Assembly (NCBI GenBank): GCA_023898465.1
Contig: CP060223.1
Span: 480,001 to 544,000 of the forward strand
Reading direction: 5' to 3'
Source of the DNA: Candidatus Nomurabacteria bacterium
Lineage (GTDB): Bacteria > Patescibacteriota > Patescibacteriia > HK-STAS-PATE-3
DNA: 64,000 nucleotides
Under the pieces are notes generated by a model. That model ran no database searches, was not told the DNA's origin, and saw only the letters and a program-made list of their open reading frames with translations. Shown here one piece after another: positions 28,507 to 39,000 of this stretch. Made by a program: the position numbers and the translations under genes. Every line of letters starts with the position of its first letter. The first letter of the stretch is position 1.

Positions 28507-30439
28507 TGCGCAGATCATCAAACAAGGACTACGTTACCTACAAAACATACAAACAAAAGAAGGGGGCTTCCTCAGTCAATCAAGCCCACTAAGCGAAAAA
28601 AATCCCAGGGGAATTCCGCGCCTCACGAGTTTTTTTACTTCACATGTACTTTTTTGCCTTGCTCAACTTCGCGAGTACACTGAAACAGAACTCATCATTA
28701 AGAAAGCCGAGCATTTTTTACGTTCACAAATTAACGCGCAGGGTTCATTTAATTACTGGAATAGAACAAGTACAGAGGCTACACAAATCCCCTATCCGGA
28801 TGACCTCGATGATACGATATGTGGATGGAATGCGCTCCATCTACTTCACACCGACGGTCTAAGCGGCGCTGAGTTGGCCAAGCTCACTCAACTCCTTATT
28901 CATCAGGAAGAGCAACCCGGCGGACCCTACCGCACCTGGCTACTGAATTCTCACTCCCCTGATGGTGAATGGTCAGATACTGATTTGGCAGTCAATGCAC
29001 ATATCGCCCGCCTTTTACGTTACCTCGGAGTAAAAACACCGCGCCTAGATGCTTTTTTAGAAAATGCATTGCGACAGGAAGTTCTCCTCTCGCGATATTA
29101 TCCTAGCTCCTTCCCAATCCTCTATGCGCTCTCCTATCGTAGCCCTCAAAAACATTCAAGCTTTATTCTACGTCATATCAAGAAGCTCCAACTCCCTGAC
29201 GGCACCTGGGGTAATCCATTACATAACGCTTTAGCTATTGAAACGCTGAGGGAGCTTGGCATTCGAGAAAATGAATTCGATAGCACTCGTGCGCAACAGT
29301 CCTTACGGGAAGCTCAAGAAAAAGGAGCTTGGCCAGCCATTGCTTATTGTATTGATCCCTGCTTCGAGGGCGAACAAATGATTGCTCGATCGAGCGCCCT
29401 TACAACCGCATACTGCCTACTTGCACTACATCAAAAAGAGAAAAAATCTCCTGTAACTATCGCAAAGGCAAATGAAAGCGAGGCGCGCTTTCTGCATGAC
29501 GTCCATCAAATTCTTTCTTATAAAATTACTAGTCTTGCGCCAGAGTTACAAGATCAGGGTAAGCAAACAATACTGCACTTTATTGAAAAAAAAGAAAACG
29601 CACATATCGCACTCCTCTCTTTACTAAGTTACCGAGCACTTTCCTCAAATATACTTAGATCCGACTATGAGTATCTGCTACGTCTCGCAATAAATAATAT
29701 CTATGGATGGATTGCCTATGGCATTTACGATCACATTCTCGATGAAAAAGATCTCATTGAGAAGCTACCTCTCGCCAATGTTTTACTCCGCACTCTTCAA
29801 TCAGAATACACTAAGCTTTTGCAATATATCCCGGGAGGTATTACTTATCTCGAAAACACTCTTAATGCCATAGACGCGGCTAATGCATGGGAAATTGACC
29901 ATTGCCGACTACACGTTAATGAAAAAAAACTTAAGCTACCCCAACACTTGCCTGCATTTAAGGATCTTTCGCAGCTAGCACAAAAAAGCTTTGGACATGC
30001 ACTACCAGCAATAACGGTATTTGCGCTCCACGGCTATAGCTTAGAAGAAGCTCCCCTTCAACATTTGCAAAACTTTTTTAAACACTTCCTCATAGCACGT
30101 CAGTTAAACGATGATGCACATGACTGGCTTACTGACTTAACAAAAGGAAGAATCACGCCAGCCAACCTGCGGGTGATTAAAAAAATATCAACTAAAGAAA
30201 TTAACTTTCAAGAGGATCTTACAAAACTAAAAAAAATGTATTGGGAAGAATGTATCAATGATATTAGTCAAGAAATTCTTCAGCATATTGCTGAAGCAAA
30301 AAATGAGCTTGGACAAATTAATATAGCAAATCCTGAGTACCTCAGCTCACTTCTTCACTCCTCGGAAACTGCAGCTAAAGAGGCAAAAAAACAAAGTAAG
30401 CAAATACTAGGCTTTCTAAAAAACTTTCATCCAGCCTAG
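28493..30439 (+). CDS. Prenyltransferase/squalene-oxidase-repeat (alpha/alpha-toroid, terpene-cyclase-like) protein with a DxDDT motif, plus a C-terminal helical domain carrying a DDxxD-like motif. Start MENTNAQ overlaps the HK stop by 14 nt.
   Basis: Repeated Q..(D/E)GG(F/W) units: QTKEGGFLSQ, NAQGSFNYWN, EQPGGPYRTW, LPDGTWGNPLH, EKGAWPAIAYC. PYPDDLDDTICGWNAL resembles the class II terpene cyclase DxDDTA acid motif. The C-terminus has LIARQLNDDAHDWLTD. Confidence 0.45.
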   Translation: MENTNAQIIKQGLRYLQNIQTKEGGFLSQSSPLSEKNPRGIPRLTSFFTSHVLFCLAQLREYTETELIIKKAEHFLRSQINAQGSFNYWNRTSTEATQIPYPDDLDDTICGWNALHLLHTDGLSGAELAKLTQLLIHQEEQPGGPYRTWLLNSHSPDGEWSDTDLAVNAHIARLLRYLGVKTPRLDAFLENALRQEVLLSRYYPSSFPILYALSYRSPQKHSSFILRHIKKLQLPDGTWGNPLHNALAIETLRELGIRENEFDSTRAQQSLREAQEKGAWPAIAYCIDPCFEGEQMIARSSALTTAYCLLALHQKEKKSPVTIAKANESEARFLHDVHQILSYKITSLAPELQDQGKQTILHFIEKKENAHIALLSLLSYRALSSNILRSDYEYLLRLAINNIYGWIAYGIYDHILDEKDLIEKLPLANVLLRTLQSEYTKLLQYIPGGITYLENTLNAIDAANAWEIDHCRLHVNEKKLKLPQHLPAFKDLSQLAQKSFGHALPAITVFALHGYSLEEAPLQHLQNFFKHFLIARQLNDDAHDWLTDLTKGRITPANLRVIKKISTKEINFQEDLTKLKKMYWEECINDISQEILQHIAEAKNELGQINIANPEYLSSLLHSSETAAKEAKKQSKQILGFLKNFHPA

Positions 30440-30463
30440 AACTGTGAAAACTTCCTGGCGCTC

Positions 30464-31108
30464 TTAATTTTTCACGCTAATCCCGCCAAACATAGCCGTA
30501 CCCTGAATTGTCAGAGTCTTGCTCGCATTTGGATCGGGTTGTGATTTATCCTCTGAGCCACCTAAGATCGGTGTTACATTCATCACCACCCGCACATTTT
30601 TTGGCACAATAATATCAATACCAGCAAAACTGGCTGATGCGTTCAGGACTGATTGCTCAGCCAAATCTGCTTCGCGAAAATCTAACTTAATGCCACCGAA
30701 CCAGGCTGAGCTTTGTCCTTCCTTAAAATGACCAGTCACTTTGCGTTCTATACCGCTAAATACCACGCTTGCATCAGCTGACCCTTGATCCTCCTTCATC
30801 CTTCCATCCCATTGCTTTCCCATGACGATCCGGGCACCAAAGACAATGATAATGATTGGCCAGAATAAGGTCCAGGCAGATTTCGCAAAGAGATCGAGTT
30901 GATCAATAAACAATAATAAGCCAACTAAAATAATGAGGGCCGGACCAAACCACATGCGACGATTATTATTCAATGCGTAAAAACCTACTGCGATTATTGC
31001 CAAGGACCACCAAAAATTTGGTAGATTGTCTGCCCAAGCAAGATCAAGCTGCTGCAGGAGAAAACCCAAGCCTAATAAAATCAAGAAAAAACCTATAAGT
31101 TTGCGCAT
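30464..31108 (-). CDS. LiaF/YvqF-like membrane protein (DUF2154-type cell-envelope stress-response domain)
   Basis: N-terminal 4 TM helices plus a C-terminal beta-rich domain FAGIDIIVPKNVRVVMNVTPILGGSEDKS...TLTIQGTAMFGGISVKN. Confidence 0.55.
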   Translation of the reverse strand: MRKLIGFFLILLGLGFLLQQLDLAWADNLPNFWWSLAIIAVGFYALNNNRRMWFGPALIILVGLLLFIDQLDLFAKSAWTLFWPIIIIVFGARIVMGKQWDGRMKEDQGSADASVVFSGIERKVTGHFKEGQSSAWFGGIKLDFREADLAEQSVLNASASFAGIDIIVPKNVRVVMNVTPILGGSEDKSQPDPNASKTLTIQGTAMFGGISVKN

Positions 31109-31162
31109 ACTACATCCATTAAGATTCTGATACTATAAGCATACACCTCTCAGTACAGCTGT

Positions 31163-31825
31163 CTATAGGGTATCAAGATGCCGGTTCTGTCGAAACCATT
31201 GCTTCTGTAGCTGGTAATTCGGCAAAATACTGGCGACCCGCTGCCAAAATTTCTTGCTGTGATTATGCTCAAGTAGATGGGCTAACTCATGTACGAGCAC
31301 ATAATCAATTGCTTCGGAGGGTAATAAGATAAGACGCCAGCTCAAAGCGATATTTCCACCCAGACTGCAGGAACCCCAGCGTGTTTTAGCGCTGCTCAAA
31401 CGAAGTTTTTTATACTTTAAGCCGGTCCGCTCGCTCCATTCCTGAATTCGTGAAAAAAGATATTCTCGCGCCTCTCTCTTGTACCATTCGTGCACTAGTT
31501 TTTTTGCCTGAAGTCTTTTTTGTGTTGGTAGAAGCAAAACATCATCTCGGAGAGTTGCTTTTTTTATTGAGGAAAAATGTAGGGTAAATATTTTACCTTT
31601 ATAGTTAAAACGCTCCCCTTCTTGATATTGTTTTACTTTTCTCGGTCCACCGTTCTTTCTTATCCGTTGGAGATGCTGCTCAATCCAGGTCGACTTCTGT
31701 CGTAGGAGTTCTTCGATTTTTTCTACCGGGAATTGAAGAGGAGCTCGGATCAGCAATTGCGCTTCGGGCGTAATCAATACTGCCACACTTCTTCGGCGTG
31801 ACCGAATAAGGCGATACGTATGCAT
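31163..31825 (-). CDS. YgjP/DUF45-family metal-dependent hydrolase (WLM/SprT-like HExxH)
   Basis: YVLVHELAHLLEHNHSKKFW motif. Confidence 0.65.
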   Translation of the reverse strand: MHTYRLIRSRRRSVAVLITPEAQLLIRAPLQFPVEKIEELLRQKSTWIEQHLQRIRKNGGPRKVKQYQEGERFNYKGKIFTLHFSSIKKATLRDDVLLLPTQKRLQAKKLVHEWYKREAREYLFSRIQEWSERTGLKYKKLRLSSAKTRWGSCSLGGNIALSWRLILLPSEAIDYVLVHELAHLLEHNHSKKFWQRVASILPNYQLQKQWFRQNRHLDTL

Positions 31826-32191
31826 TTATTTCCCGGACTTTACTTTTAACTCACGCAAACGATGAGTAAGTAGCTGACGGAGTAGACTAAGAGGAATCTT
31901 GGAATCGAAAGGAAACTGTAGTGTGGCTTTACCTGTTTGATACGGTGCGAGTTTCTTTGCCCATTTTGAATCAGAACGCATGCTCGACATAACAAAGAAG
32001 CTCACATGATCACGAAATGCAGCAAAATATGCTAGACGACCATTCCAGTCATAATAAGGCATACCATAGCTTATCTTTTCTTCCGCCTTAGGTGCTACGG
32101 TTGTTATTAATTTCCGTATTTGCCGTAGCATTGGCTGGGCTTTCTTCGGCGCTGCACTAATATATGCACTTACTGTTTTAGCTTTTTGCAT
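31826..32191 (-). CDS. DUF1801 (YdhG-like) domain protein
   Basis: MQKAKTVSAYISAAPKKAQPMLRQIRKLI... characteristic N-terminus; 121 aa. Confidence 0.55.
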   Translation of the reverse strand: MQKAKTVSAYISAAPKKAQPMLRQIRKLITTVAPKAEEKISYGMPYYDWNGRLAYFAAFRDHVSFFVMSSMRSDSKWAKKLAPYQTGKATLQFPFDSKIPLSLLRQLLTHRLRELKVKSGK

Positions 32192-32193
32192 AG

Positions 32194-32514
32194 CTACTTC
32201 TTTCTTGCGGTTTTCTTATTTCGTTTCTCAAGTATCCCTCGTACTGAAGGACTAACTGCTTTATCTTTTCTATGAATACAGCCTAACCAACAACATGGAC
32301 GTCGCATACCTTCCTTTAGCTCACTCACCACTCGTCGGACATGCTCCTTTCTCGTTTCTTCCTTTTTCACAAAGGTGGTCCAACAAATCCACTCATTACG
32401 AGCAAGTGGTGTAAGTTTCTCCCATAATCCAAGAGCGGCCTTATCAGCGCTTAATGCTTTTTGTAGGTCAGGTGGAACTGTATGAGCTGTTCCAGGGGAA
32501 ATTTTTTGAGACAT
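32194..32514 (-). CDS. YdeI/OmpD-associated family protein
   Basis: DLQKALSADKAALGLWEKLTPLARNEWICWTTFVKKEETRKEHVRRVV pattern; 106 aa. Confidence 0.5.
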   Translation of the reverse strand: MSQKISPGTAHTVPPDLQKALSADKAALGLWEKLTPLARNEWICWTTFVKKEETRKEHVRRVVSELKEGMRRPCCWLGCIHRKDKAVSPSVRGILEKRNKKTARKK

Positions 32515-32567
32515 TTTAGTCGTAGTGTTTATTTCTTCACTTCTGATATTAACACATGCAAGATGTA

Positions 32568-32813
32568 TTATGAAATATCAATTTCAGCTTGGTAACCCGC
32601 TTCGCGAACCGCTTGAATAAGCTGGTCAGCCTTTACCTCATCACCGTGCGTAACCTCGGTGCGTGCTTTCGCATAATTAGTTTTTGAAGAATCAACACCA
32701 GGCAAATCCTCAATACTATCATCAATGGTCATGCTACATGAAGTACAATGCATACCACTAATTTTTAGAAGGGTCTTTTGCCTATCGCTTTGTTTTTTAC
32801 GTTGAAAAAACAT
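32568..32813 (-). CDS. copZ: Heavy-metal-associated (HMA) copper chaperone
   Basis: GMHCTSC metal-binding motif; 81 aa. Confidence 0.8.
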   Translation of the reverse strand: MFFQRKKQSDRQKTLLKISGMHCTSCSMTIDDSIEDLPGVDSSKTNYAKARTEVTHGDEVKADQLIQAVREAGYQAEIDIS

Positions 32814-32829
32814 AATTGGATATTGTGAA

Positions 32830-33876
32830 TTAAATAACTTCCATCACGCCTGTATACATACCCATAGAACATGAATATGTATATCGGCCCGGTTGCGTTG
32901 GAGTAAATTGAAAACTTTGTCGGTCAGTGGGACGCAAAAAAGTGTCAATACCAAATTGTCGAAAAGTAAAAGCAACCGCACAAGAATATACGTCATTACT
33001 CTGCAATATCAACTCCACTGGCTTATTCTTTTCAACCGCAAAATATCGGGGCGAGTACCCTTGACCCAACACGTTAATGGTTACTCGCTGCACACCGTTA
33101 GTAAGTACCACTTCATCACTAACAGCCTTTGGTGTGCTTGTGTTCTGAAATTTTGCAATAATTTTTTCATACGTAATTGGTGCATCATACACATTAAGGA
33201 TCCCGTTGAAGCTGATAAGCGACAAGACAATCAAAATAGCAGCGGCAGTTTTTTGAAACCATCCATGCATCGTATCTGAGAGCTTCGCGGTCATGACGCC
33301 AAGTAAGGTAAAAATTGGTGAAGTACCAAGCACAAAGAAAAACATAATAAGGGCTCCAGCTATAGGACTGCCACTAGTAACTGCCACCACTTCCATTGCC
33401 TGAGTAACGCCGCAAGGGATAAAGACGGTCAAGACCCCTAATACTGCGGGGGCAAATAAAGTATCGCTCTTACTTGATTTCTTCACAAAGCGCTGCAGCC
33501 AACGCGGTGGCTGAAATGCTAAGAAGCGAAAGATTGGATGCACGTTTAATAAGTTCATTGCTGTAGCAAACATAAACAACGCTGCAGCAAGTTGAAAAGC
33601 GATACGCACATTTAATCCTATCGCTAACACTGAACCAAGCCAGCCAAGCAAAAAACCAAAGGCGGTGTGTACAATTAATTTCGCTAGTAAAAAAATACCT
33701 ACTGGCCAAATATCTGTTCCGCGGATTCGTGCATCGCTAGATTTTAGTGATGTTTTTCCGTTTTCAGATCGTTCCTTCTGATTAGCTATCACGCCTGCCA
33801 ACAACCCCCCTTGGACAGCTAGGCAGGTTAAGCCACCGGTAGTTAAGCCTGCTAAGAAAAAAACCCAATAATTCAT
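32830..33876 (-). CDS. Polytopic membrane protein (TauE/DsbD-like core) fused to a C-terminal cupredoxin-like domain; putative copper handling
   Basis: Eight or so TM helices, then a soluble beta domain ...[17 protein letters not shown] with cupredoxin-like Cys/Met spacing; sits between copA and copZ. Confidence 0.5.
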   Translation of the reverse strand: MNYWVFFLAGLTTGGLTCLAVQGGLLAGVIANQKERSENGKTSLKSSDARIRGTDIWPVGIFLLAKLIVHTAFGFLLGWLGSVLAIGLNVRIAFQLAAALFMFATAMNLLNVHPIFRFLAFQPPRWLQRFVKKSSKSDTLFAPAVLGVLTVFIPCGVTQAMEVVAVTSGSPIAGALIMFFFVLGTSPIFTLLGVMTAKLSDTMHGWFQKTAAAILIVLSLISFNGILNVYDAPITYEKIIAKFQNTSTPKAVSDEVVLTNGVQRVTINVLGQGYSPRYFAVEKNKPVELILQSNDVYSCAVAFTFRQFGIDTFLRPTDRQSFQFTPTQPGRYTYSCSMGMYTGVMEVI

Positions 33877-36104
33877 ATGTGTGATCGAAACGTTTTTAAT
33901 CGTAAGGCATTAAGCACAACTGAAACACTTGAAAAGGCCATTGCAGCGCCTGCCCAAATTGGATTGATAGTAATTCCCCAAATCGGCGCTAATGCTCCCA
34001 TGGCAACGGGTATGAGAAGAACATTATAACCAAAAGCCCAAGCAAGATTTTGCCAAATATTCTTCATAGTTGCTCGAGAAAGCGCAAGAGTCACTGGAAT
34101 TAACCGTAAGTCTGGACGAAGTAACACAACTCCAGCGGTCGCAATAGCAACATCAGTTCCCTGCCCCATTGCAATACTTAGATCCGCCGCTGCCAAGGCA
34201 GGCGCGTCGTTAATTCCATCCCCAATCATTGCGACGCCTTTTTTCTGCTGCTGCAGCTCTTTTATTCGCTGCTCTTTTTCTTGTGGAAGCACCTGTCCGA
34301 TAACTTGCGAAAGTTTAAGCTCACGCTGCACGTGCTGCGCTGCTTCTCTAGTATCACCAGTGAGCATTATGGTCTGTATGCCCTGATGATTTAAGGCGGC
34401 AATTACGCTGGCGGATTCCTCACGTATCGTATCAGCAATACTAAAGGAGACGAGGGCTTCATGATTGTCGGCCACATATACACGAGACATATTCACTGGC
34501 ATGAATTGAGCCTGGTCTGCATCGATTTGGATATTCTCTTGAGCCAACAGTGAGGCACTACCAATATTCATTTGACCGATAGTATCCTTAGCCCGAACTC
34601 CTTTTCCGGGCACATCAATTATTTCAGGCGCTGTTTCTGCGCTAGGTATTCCTTTGTCATTGATATACTGCGCAATAGCTTTTGCTAAAGGATGATTTGA
34701 GCGTTCTTCAATTGTCCGGACACGGCCAAGTAACTCTTGCTGCTCCTGGACGGAAAAAGTACGCATCATTTGTATATCTTGTACACGGGGCTTGCCTTCC
34801 GTTAAGGTGCCAGTTTTATCAAACACAATGGTCTGCACACGTCTCCCCAATTCAAGCGCTTCAGCATTTTTTATAAGTATCCCAAGCTCTGAACCCTTAC
34901 CAATGCCGACCATAATTGAAGTGGGAGTGGCTAAGCCGAGCGCGCAGGGACAAGCAATAATAAGCACACTCACCATGCTTACAAGTGCGTGTGCCCAAAC
35001 TGGATCTGGTCCAAAAAATAACCAAAGTCCAAAAGTGAGCAATGAAAGAGCGATAACAATTGGCACGAAATATGCTGAGATCTTGTCAGCTAAATTCTGT
35101 ACCGGGGGTCGAGATCCTTGCGCTTCTTCAACTAAGCGTACGATTTGTGCCAGCATAGTTTCATCACCCACTCGTCTTGCTTCCATCTCAAAAGCACCGC
35201 TAGTATTCATAGTTGCGCCAATTACCTGGTCTCCTGCCTTTTTCTCTACTGGCAAGCCTTCCCCAGTCACCATGCTTTCGTCTACCGCAGAGGATCCAGA
35301 CACAATATTCCCATCAACAGGAACTTTTTCACCTGGCTTCACTAAAATACGGTCTCCTACACGCACGTCAGTAAGGGGAAGATCCTGCCAAGTTTTTTTT
35401 TGAAATACATGCGCTATTTTTGCCTCTAGCTTCAACAAACGCTTCATTGCTGTAGCTGCCTGACCTTTTGCTCGCAACTCGAGAAATTTACCCAGTAACA
35501 CTAATGTAATTACCGTAGCTGAAGTTTCAAAGTACGCTAGCTGACTAATACCTAATGCCGCTAATTGATTTTCGTAAACTATTGAGAATGCTGAGGAGGC
35601 ATAGGCTACGCTAGTTCCTAAGGCGATAAGCGTATCCATATTGGCCGTGCGATTTTTCAGCGCAGACCAAGCGCTCAGGTAATAGTTTTTTCCAGCCCAA
35701 AACTGTACCGGGGTGGCAAGTATCCACATCAACCATGACTGACGCAGCCAATCAGGCGCTCCTGGCACCATCGCGCCAATAAGCAATAGTACAGTGAGTG
35801 GGAAAGAAACAAACAATCTCTGTCTCAACTGACGCAACTCTTCGACTCGTTCCTTTTCCGTAAGATCGCCGTGATCATGTACGCCTATGTGCGCTTTATA
35901 ACCCAACTTTGCAACGGTTTGCCCTATTTCATACTCTGGAGTTGCATGAGGGTCGAAGCTAACTGCTGCTTGATGATTTCCATAATTTACCGTTGCCTCT
36001 TTTACACCTGGAAGTTTCTTTAGACGACGTTGGATATTTGCCGCACAGCTTGCGCAATGCATGCCAGACACATGAAAATTGATCTGTTGGACATTATTTG
36101 GCAT
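33873..36104 (-). CDS. copA: Copper-translocating P1B-type ATPase (start at the internal Met MPNNVQQ)
   Basis: N-terminal [18 protein letters not shown] motif [20 protein letters not shown] phosphorylation site, [10 protein letters not shown] hinge. Confidence 0.9.
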   Translation of the reverse strand: MPNNVQQINFHVSGMHCASCAANIQRRLKKLPGVKEATVNYGNHQAAVSFDPHATPEYEIGQTVAKLGYKAHIGVHDHGDLTEKERVEELRQLRQRLFVSFPLTVLLLIGAMVPGAPDWLRQSWLMWILATPVQFWAGKNYYLSAWSALKNRTANMDTLIALGTSVAYASSAFSIVYENQLAALGISQLAYFETSATVITLVLLGKFLELRAKGQAATAMKRLLKLEAKIAHVFQKKTWQDLPLTDVRVGDRILVKPGEKVPVDGNIVSGSSAVDESMVTGEGLPVEKKAGDQVIGATMNTSGAFEMEARRVGDETMLAQIVRLVEEAQGSRPPVQNLADKISAYFVPIVIALSLLTFGLWLFFGPDPVWAHALVSMVSVLIIACPCALGLATPTSIMVGIGKGSELGILIKNAEALELGRRVQTIVFDKTGTLTEGKPRVQDIQMMRTFSVQEQQELLGRVRTIEERSNHPLAKAIAQYINDKGIPSAETAPEIIDVPGKGVRAKDTIGQMNIGSASLLAQENIQIDADQAQFMPVNMSRVYVADNHEALVSFSIADTIREESASVIAALNHQGIQTIMLTGDTREAAQHVQRELKLSQVIGQVLPQEKEQRIKELQQQKKGVAMIGDGINDAPALAAADLSIAMGQGTDVAIATAGVVLLRPDLRLIPVTLALSRATMKNIWQNLAWAFGYNVLLIPVAMGALAPIWGITINPIWAGAAMAFSSVSVVLNALRLKTFRSHI

Positions 36105-36615
36105 ATTTTCCTGGATTTTTTTGAAAAGCCTTTTTACATCCACTCGCGCAAAAATAATATTTCTTCCCCTGATATTGCATGGCCGCGCCGGCCGTACTCG
36201 GAGAGACACGCATGTGACATACAGGGTCATGCACGATTGGCATAAGATCCTTCATTGTCCTACTGAATTCATCAGGTTTTTTATCGCCCTGTTGAACAAC
36301 AATAATGTCGCGAATAAGTTGACTCGCCTTAGCAAAATTCGGATGAGCTAAATGGTATCGAAGACGCTTTCCCAGCCGATGATAACTTACCGCTCCAGCA
36401 TCACGAAGTATTTTAAGATGCTGACTGAGATTTGCTTGTGGCAAACCAAGCATGTCTTGCATTTCCTCAACCGTTGCTGGGCCTTCTTTTAGTAAATGTA
36501 AAACCTCCAAACGGCGCGGATGTGCAAGCGCTTTTAAAAGCTTGGCGTGGAGTTTAAAAACTTGTTCATACATATTCGCTATTTCGAATATATATACTTC
36601 AGAAAAAACTGTCAA
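36094..36615 (-). CDS. ArsR/SmtB-family metalloregulator fused to a C-terminal YHS/TRASH metal-binding domain
   Basis: [48 protein letters not shown]; C-terminus VCHMRV...[12 protein letters not shown]. Confidence 0.75.
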   Translation of the reverse strand: MTVFSEVYIFEIANMYEQVFKLHAKLLKALAHPRRLEVLHLLKEGPATVEEMQDMLGLPQANLSQHLKILRDAGAVSYHRLGKRLRYHLAHPNFAKASQLIRDIIVVQQGDKKPDEFSRTMKDLMPIVHDPVCHMRVSPSTAGAAMQYQGKKYYFCASGCKKAFQKNPGKYAK

Positions 36616-36623
36616 GAAATCCC

Positions 36624-37880
36624 CTATCGAATGTAGACGACCGCGCCTGTGCTAAAGGTGTTTATATCTTTACACGCCTGACCTGGAAAAACCTCAGCCC
36701 GTAATTTACGACTCTCCAGCATCTCTACCATAAAACATCCAGCTGAACTTGTTCCTGAACGCAGCTCCAGAGTGCTGCTCAAACTTGATCTATCCCAAAC
36801 TTGGCCATCAGCGTAATAGACTTGCTCGTAAAGGTCATAGGCTACCCGGCCGTTTTCTGGACTAATATCAACTGGCTTAGCAGCGTCGTGAGCAATAGTG
36901 AACTGTGAAGCGCCATCTGGCCAGTTACCTATTGAAATTACCGTAGCGCTAGGGTCGAGATGATCTGGAGCGATCGCGAGATGGGTAGTCCAATACGCAG
37001 ACGGATCATTGCCCGCATAACCATTTGTGGTCCCATCAGGATTCATCACAAACCAGGTGCCAATTAACCGTCCATCAATATCATAGTCAATCTTGCCGCT
37101 ACGTGGTTCAACTGTACGTAAATACTGGGTCAAAGCTAGGGAGCGAAGTTCTTCAGTGTAGTACGGCAGCGGATCAACAGTATGAATCTTCCACGATTCA
37201 CGCTCATAATGCTCCGGCACCACGAAGCCGCTAAGCTCGCTCTCTGTATCCCAAACAGCAAAATCGAGAGTCTGCCCGCCGATACTCCCTATACGTTGTC
37301 CAGCCTTCACAGGTAAATCAATACTATTCCCCTGCTGCTGATAGGCACTAAGTATATCAGGTGCTAAACCAGTGACTAAATCATAGTAGTAAAATAGATG
37401 ACAACTCATGCTGAATACTATCCGAAAGTCTGTCACGGTCTTGTTCGCATTTTGCCCCTGACCAGAGTGGGTACGCGTCCCTATATCAACAATCCGCGCA
37501 TCGGCCATTGCGTATACTGGATAGGCATCAATAGGTGAATCAAAAGGCTCGGGTGAGAAGTATTGATGATCAATTGGGGTGACGTGCCCACCGATCATTA
37601 ATCCGTATGGGATAATAAATCCAACATCGCTAGGGTCCATGGGATAATCGGTAAGCAAGGGTTTGTCGGTTCCCTGACAATGTCCATGACTTAATTCCTG
37701 ACCAGCTACATCAGCCGGCGTCCTCGCCTGCTCTTGTGTATTGATATTTTCTTCATTTTGCATTGAGGAGTTTTGATTTTGACTAACAGTATTGTCGTTA
37801 TTTCTACGAGTGAATAGCACAATAAGCACTGCCAGAAGAATGAGGACAGCGATGATGACGAGCGTCGCTACTTTTTTCAT
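36624..37880 (-). CDS. Secreted/anchored hypothetical protein (418 aa)
   Basis: N-terminal TM/signal sequence plus a large soluble domain with no recognised motifs. Confidence 0.4.
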   Translation of the reverse strand: MKKVATLVIIAVLILLAVLIVLFTRRNNDNTVSQNQNSSMQNEENINTQEQARTPADVAGQELSHGHCQGTDKPLLTDYPMDPSDVGFIIPYGLMIGGHVTPIDHQYFSPEPFDSPIDAYPVYAMADARIVDIGTRTHSGQGQNANKTVTDFRIVFSMSCHLFYYYDLVTGLAPDILSAYQQQGNSIDLPVKAGQRIGSIGGQTLDFAVWDTESELSGFVVPEHYERESWKIHTVDPLPYYTEELRSLALTQYLRTVEPRSGKIDYDIDGRLIGTWFVMNPDGTTNGYAGNDPSAYWTTHLAIAPDHLDPSATVISIGNWPDGASQFTIAHDAAKPVDISPENGRVAYDLYEQVYYADGQVWDRSSLSSTLELRSGTSSAGCFMVEMLESRKLRAEVFPGQACKDINTFSTGAVVYIR

Positions 37881-37969
37881 ATGGGTAAGTATAGCATAGA
37901 AAAAATAGCTTACTCAGTATGAGTAGATTTTAATAGGCATTAAAAGGATTTTCGCTGTAAAATATCTCT

Positions 37970-38446
37970 TTACTGCCCTTGCTCGAAATCCTTCAGGATA
38001 CGCAAGTATTTTGCTTGAGTATCACTACCAATTTGTGGATGCGTAAAAACCGGCATTACACCGGTTATTGCTATGATATTTCTTACTTCATCAAAATAGA
38101 ATCCATCCAACGTTGCAATAAAGAGCCAAGAAGGATTCCAAGACTTAGCCATCCGTTTAGCATCTATAAGCACATATTCAGGACTTAGTTGTTTTTGATA
38201 TTTTACCTCTATCAATCTGACTTCGCTTGTTGCATGATCAATGACAGCGAAATCTGGCGCGGTACGTAAAATATTAACTGTTGGATTATCTTGTGAATAA
38301 CCCTGCTGGATAAGCTCAGGGATAATTTTTTCATACCCAAATTCGAGTACTGTAAATTGGCGTGATTCGCGAAACATTTGTGCAAATATCGTTTCAGCAA
38401 TTTTACCTTTAATGAGATTGTGAGTGAATTCTGTTGAGGTAGACAT
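37970..38446 (-). CDS. Small hypothetical protein with a PD-(D/E)xK nuclease-like motif
   Basis: APDFAVID ...(17 aa)... LIEVKYQ spacing matches the PD...(D/E)xK core; 158 aa. Confidence 0.3.
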   Translation of the reverse strand: MSTSTEFTHNLIKGKIAETIFAQMFRESRQFTVLEFGYEKIIPELIQQGYSQDNPTVNILRTAPDFAVIDHATSEVRLIEVKYQKQLSPEYVLIDAKRMAKSWNPSWLFIATLDGFYFDEVRNIIAITGVMPVFTHPQIGSDTQAKYLRILKDFEQGQ

Positions 38447-38455
38447 TATTTTTTC

Positions 38456-38598
38456 TTAATAAACTTTTTCAACTTTACTTGAATGTAGGTTGCCGCAATA
38501 GTAAACAGAAGTATTATTCCAAAAGCAGGAAGAAATACTTTCAGCATTATTCCCATAAACCTACTTGTACCTTCAACAAGCTGAGGATCGGCAGGCAT
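38456..38598 (-). CDS. Unlisted mini-ORF, 51 aa, single-TM protein (MPADPQLVEG...ILLFTIAATYIQVKLKKFIKKK)
   Basis: Found by manual translation of the minus strand between two annotated ORFs; below the 60-aa track cutoff. Confidence 0.25.
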
Positions 38599-38784
38599 TT
38601 ATCTTGTTTTCTTCTTATAGCAGCTATAACAAAGCGAACGATCGCGGGAAATAACTGTACCACAACTCCGGCACTTTTTCGTGCCATACTTTTTTACACT
38701 CGAAGACTTTTTCTTAGTCTGGCATGAGTAGCACAGTGTATACGTTCCTGTTGTTTTTGTTCCACAGCGGCTGCATTTAGGCAT
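38599..38784 (-). CDS. Double zinc-ribbon mini-protein (start MPKCSRCG)
   Basis: CSRCG...CYSC and CRSCG...CYSC CxxC pairs; Lys-rich. Confidence 0.5.
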   Translation of the reverse strand: MPKCSRCGTKTTGTYTLCYSCQTKKKSSSVKKYGTKKCRSCGTVISRDRSLCYSCYKKKTR

Positions 38785-38789
38785 ACTTA

Positions 38790-38966
38790 CTACGCCCCCA
38801 AAAACTTCAGCGCCTCGTAGACAAAGAAAACGGGCCAGATAATCGCTTTTAACAAACCGAGTACGCCAATCCAAAATGAAGTCGCTACCGAGATATAGTA
38901 GATAGCGGCACCGATCAGACCGAGACCATAGAAAGCCCCACTACTCCCTGCATTTGCCTTATTCAT
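38790..38966 (-). CDS. Unlisted mini-ORF, 59 aa, two-TM protein (MNKANAGSSGAFYGLGLIGAAIYYISVATSFWIGVLGLLKAIIWPVFFVYEALKFLGA)
   Basis: Manual translation. It fits exactly between the Zn-ribbon gene and the next ORF, and displaces the spurious N-terminal extension of ORF 38599..38874. Confidence 0.35.
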   Translation of the reverse strand: MNKANAGSSGAFYGLGLIGAAIYYISVATSFWIGVLGLLKAIIWPVFFVYEALKFLGA

Positions 38967-39000
38967 ATAACTCCTTAACTAATTATGTTTACAGGACAAA

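Noticed and set aside
34792-35403. 203-aa + strand ORF inside copA
   Set aside because: Antisense to a P-type ATPase that has all canonical motifs. Spurious.
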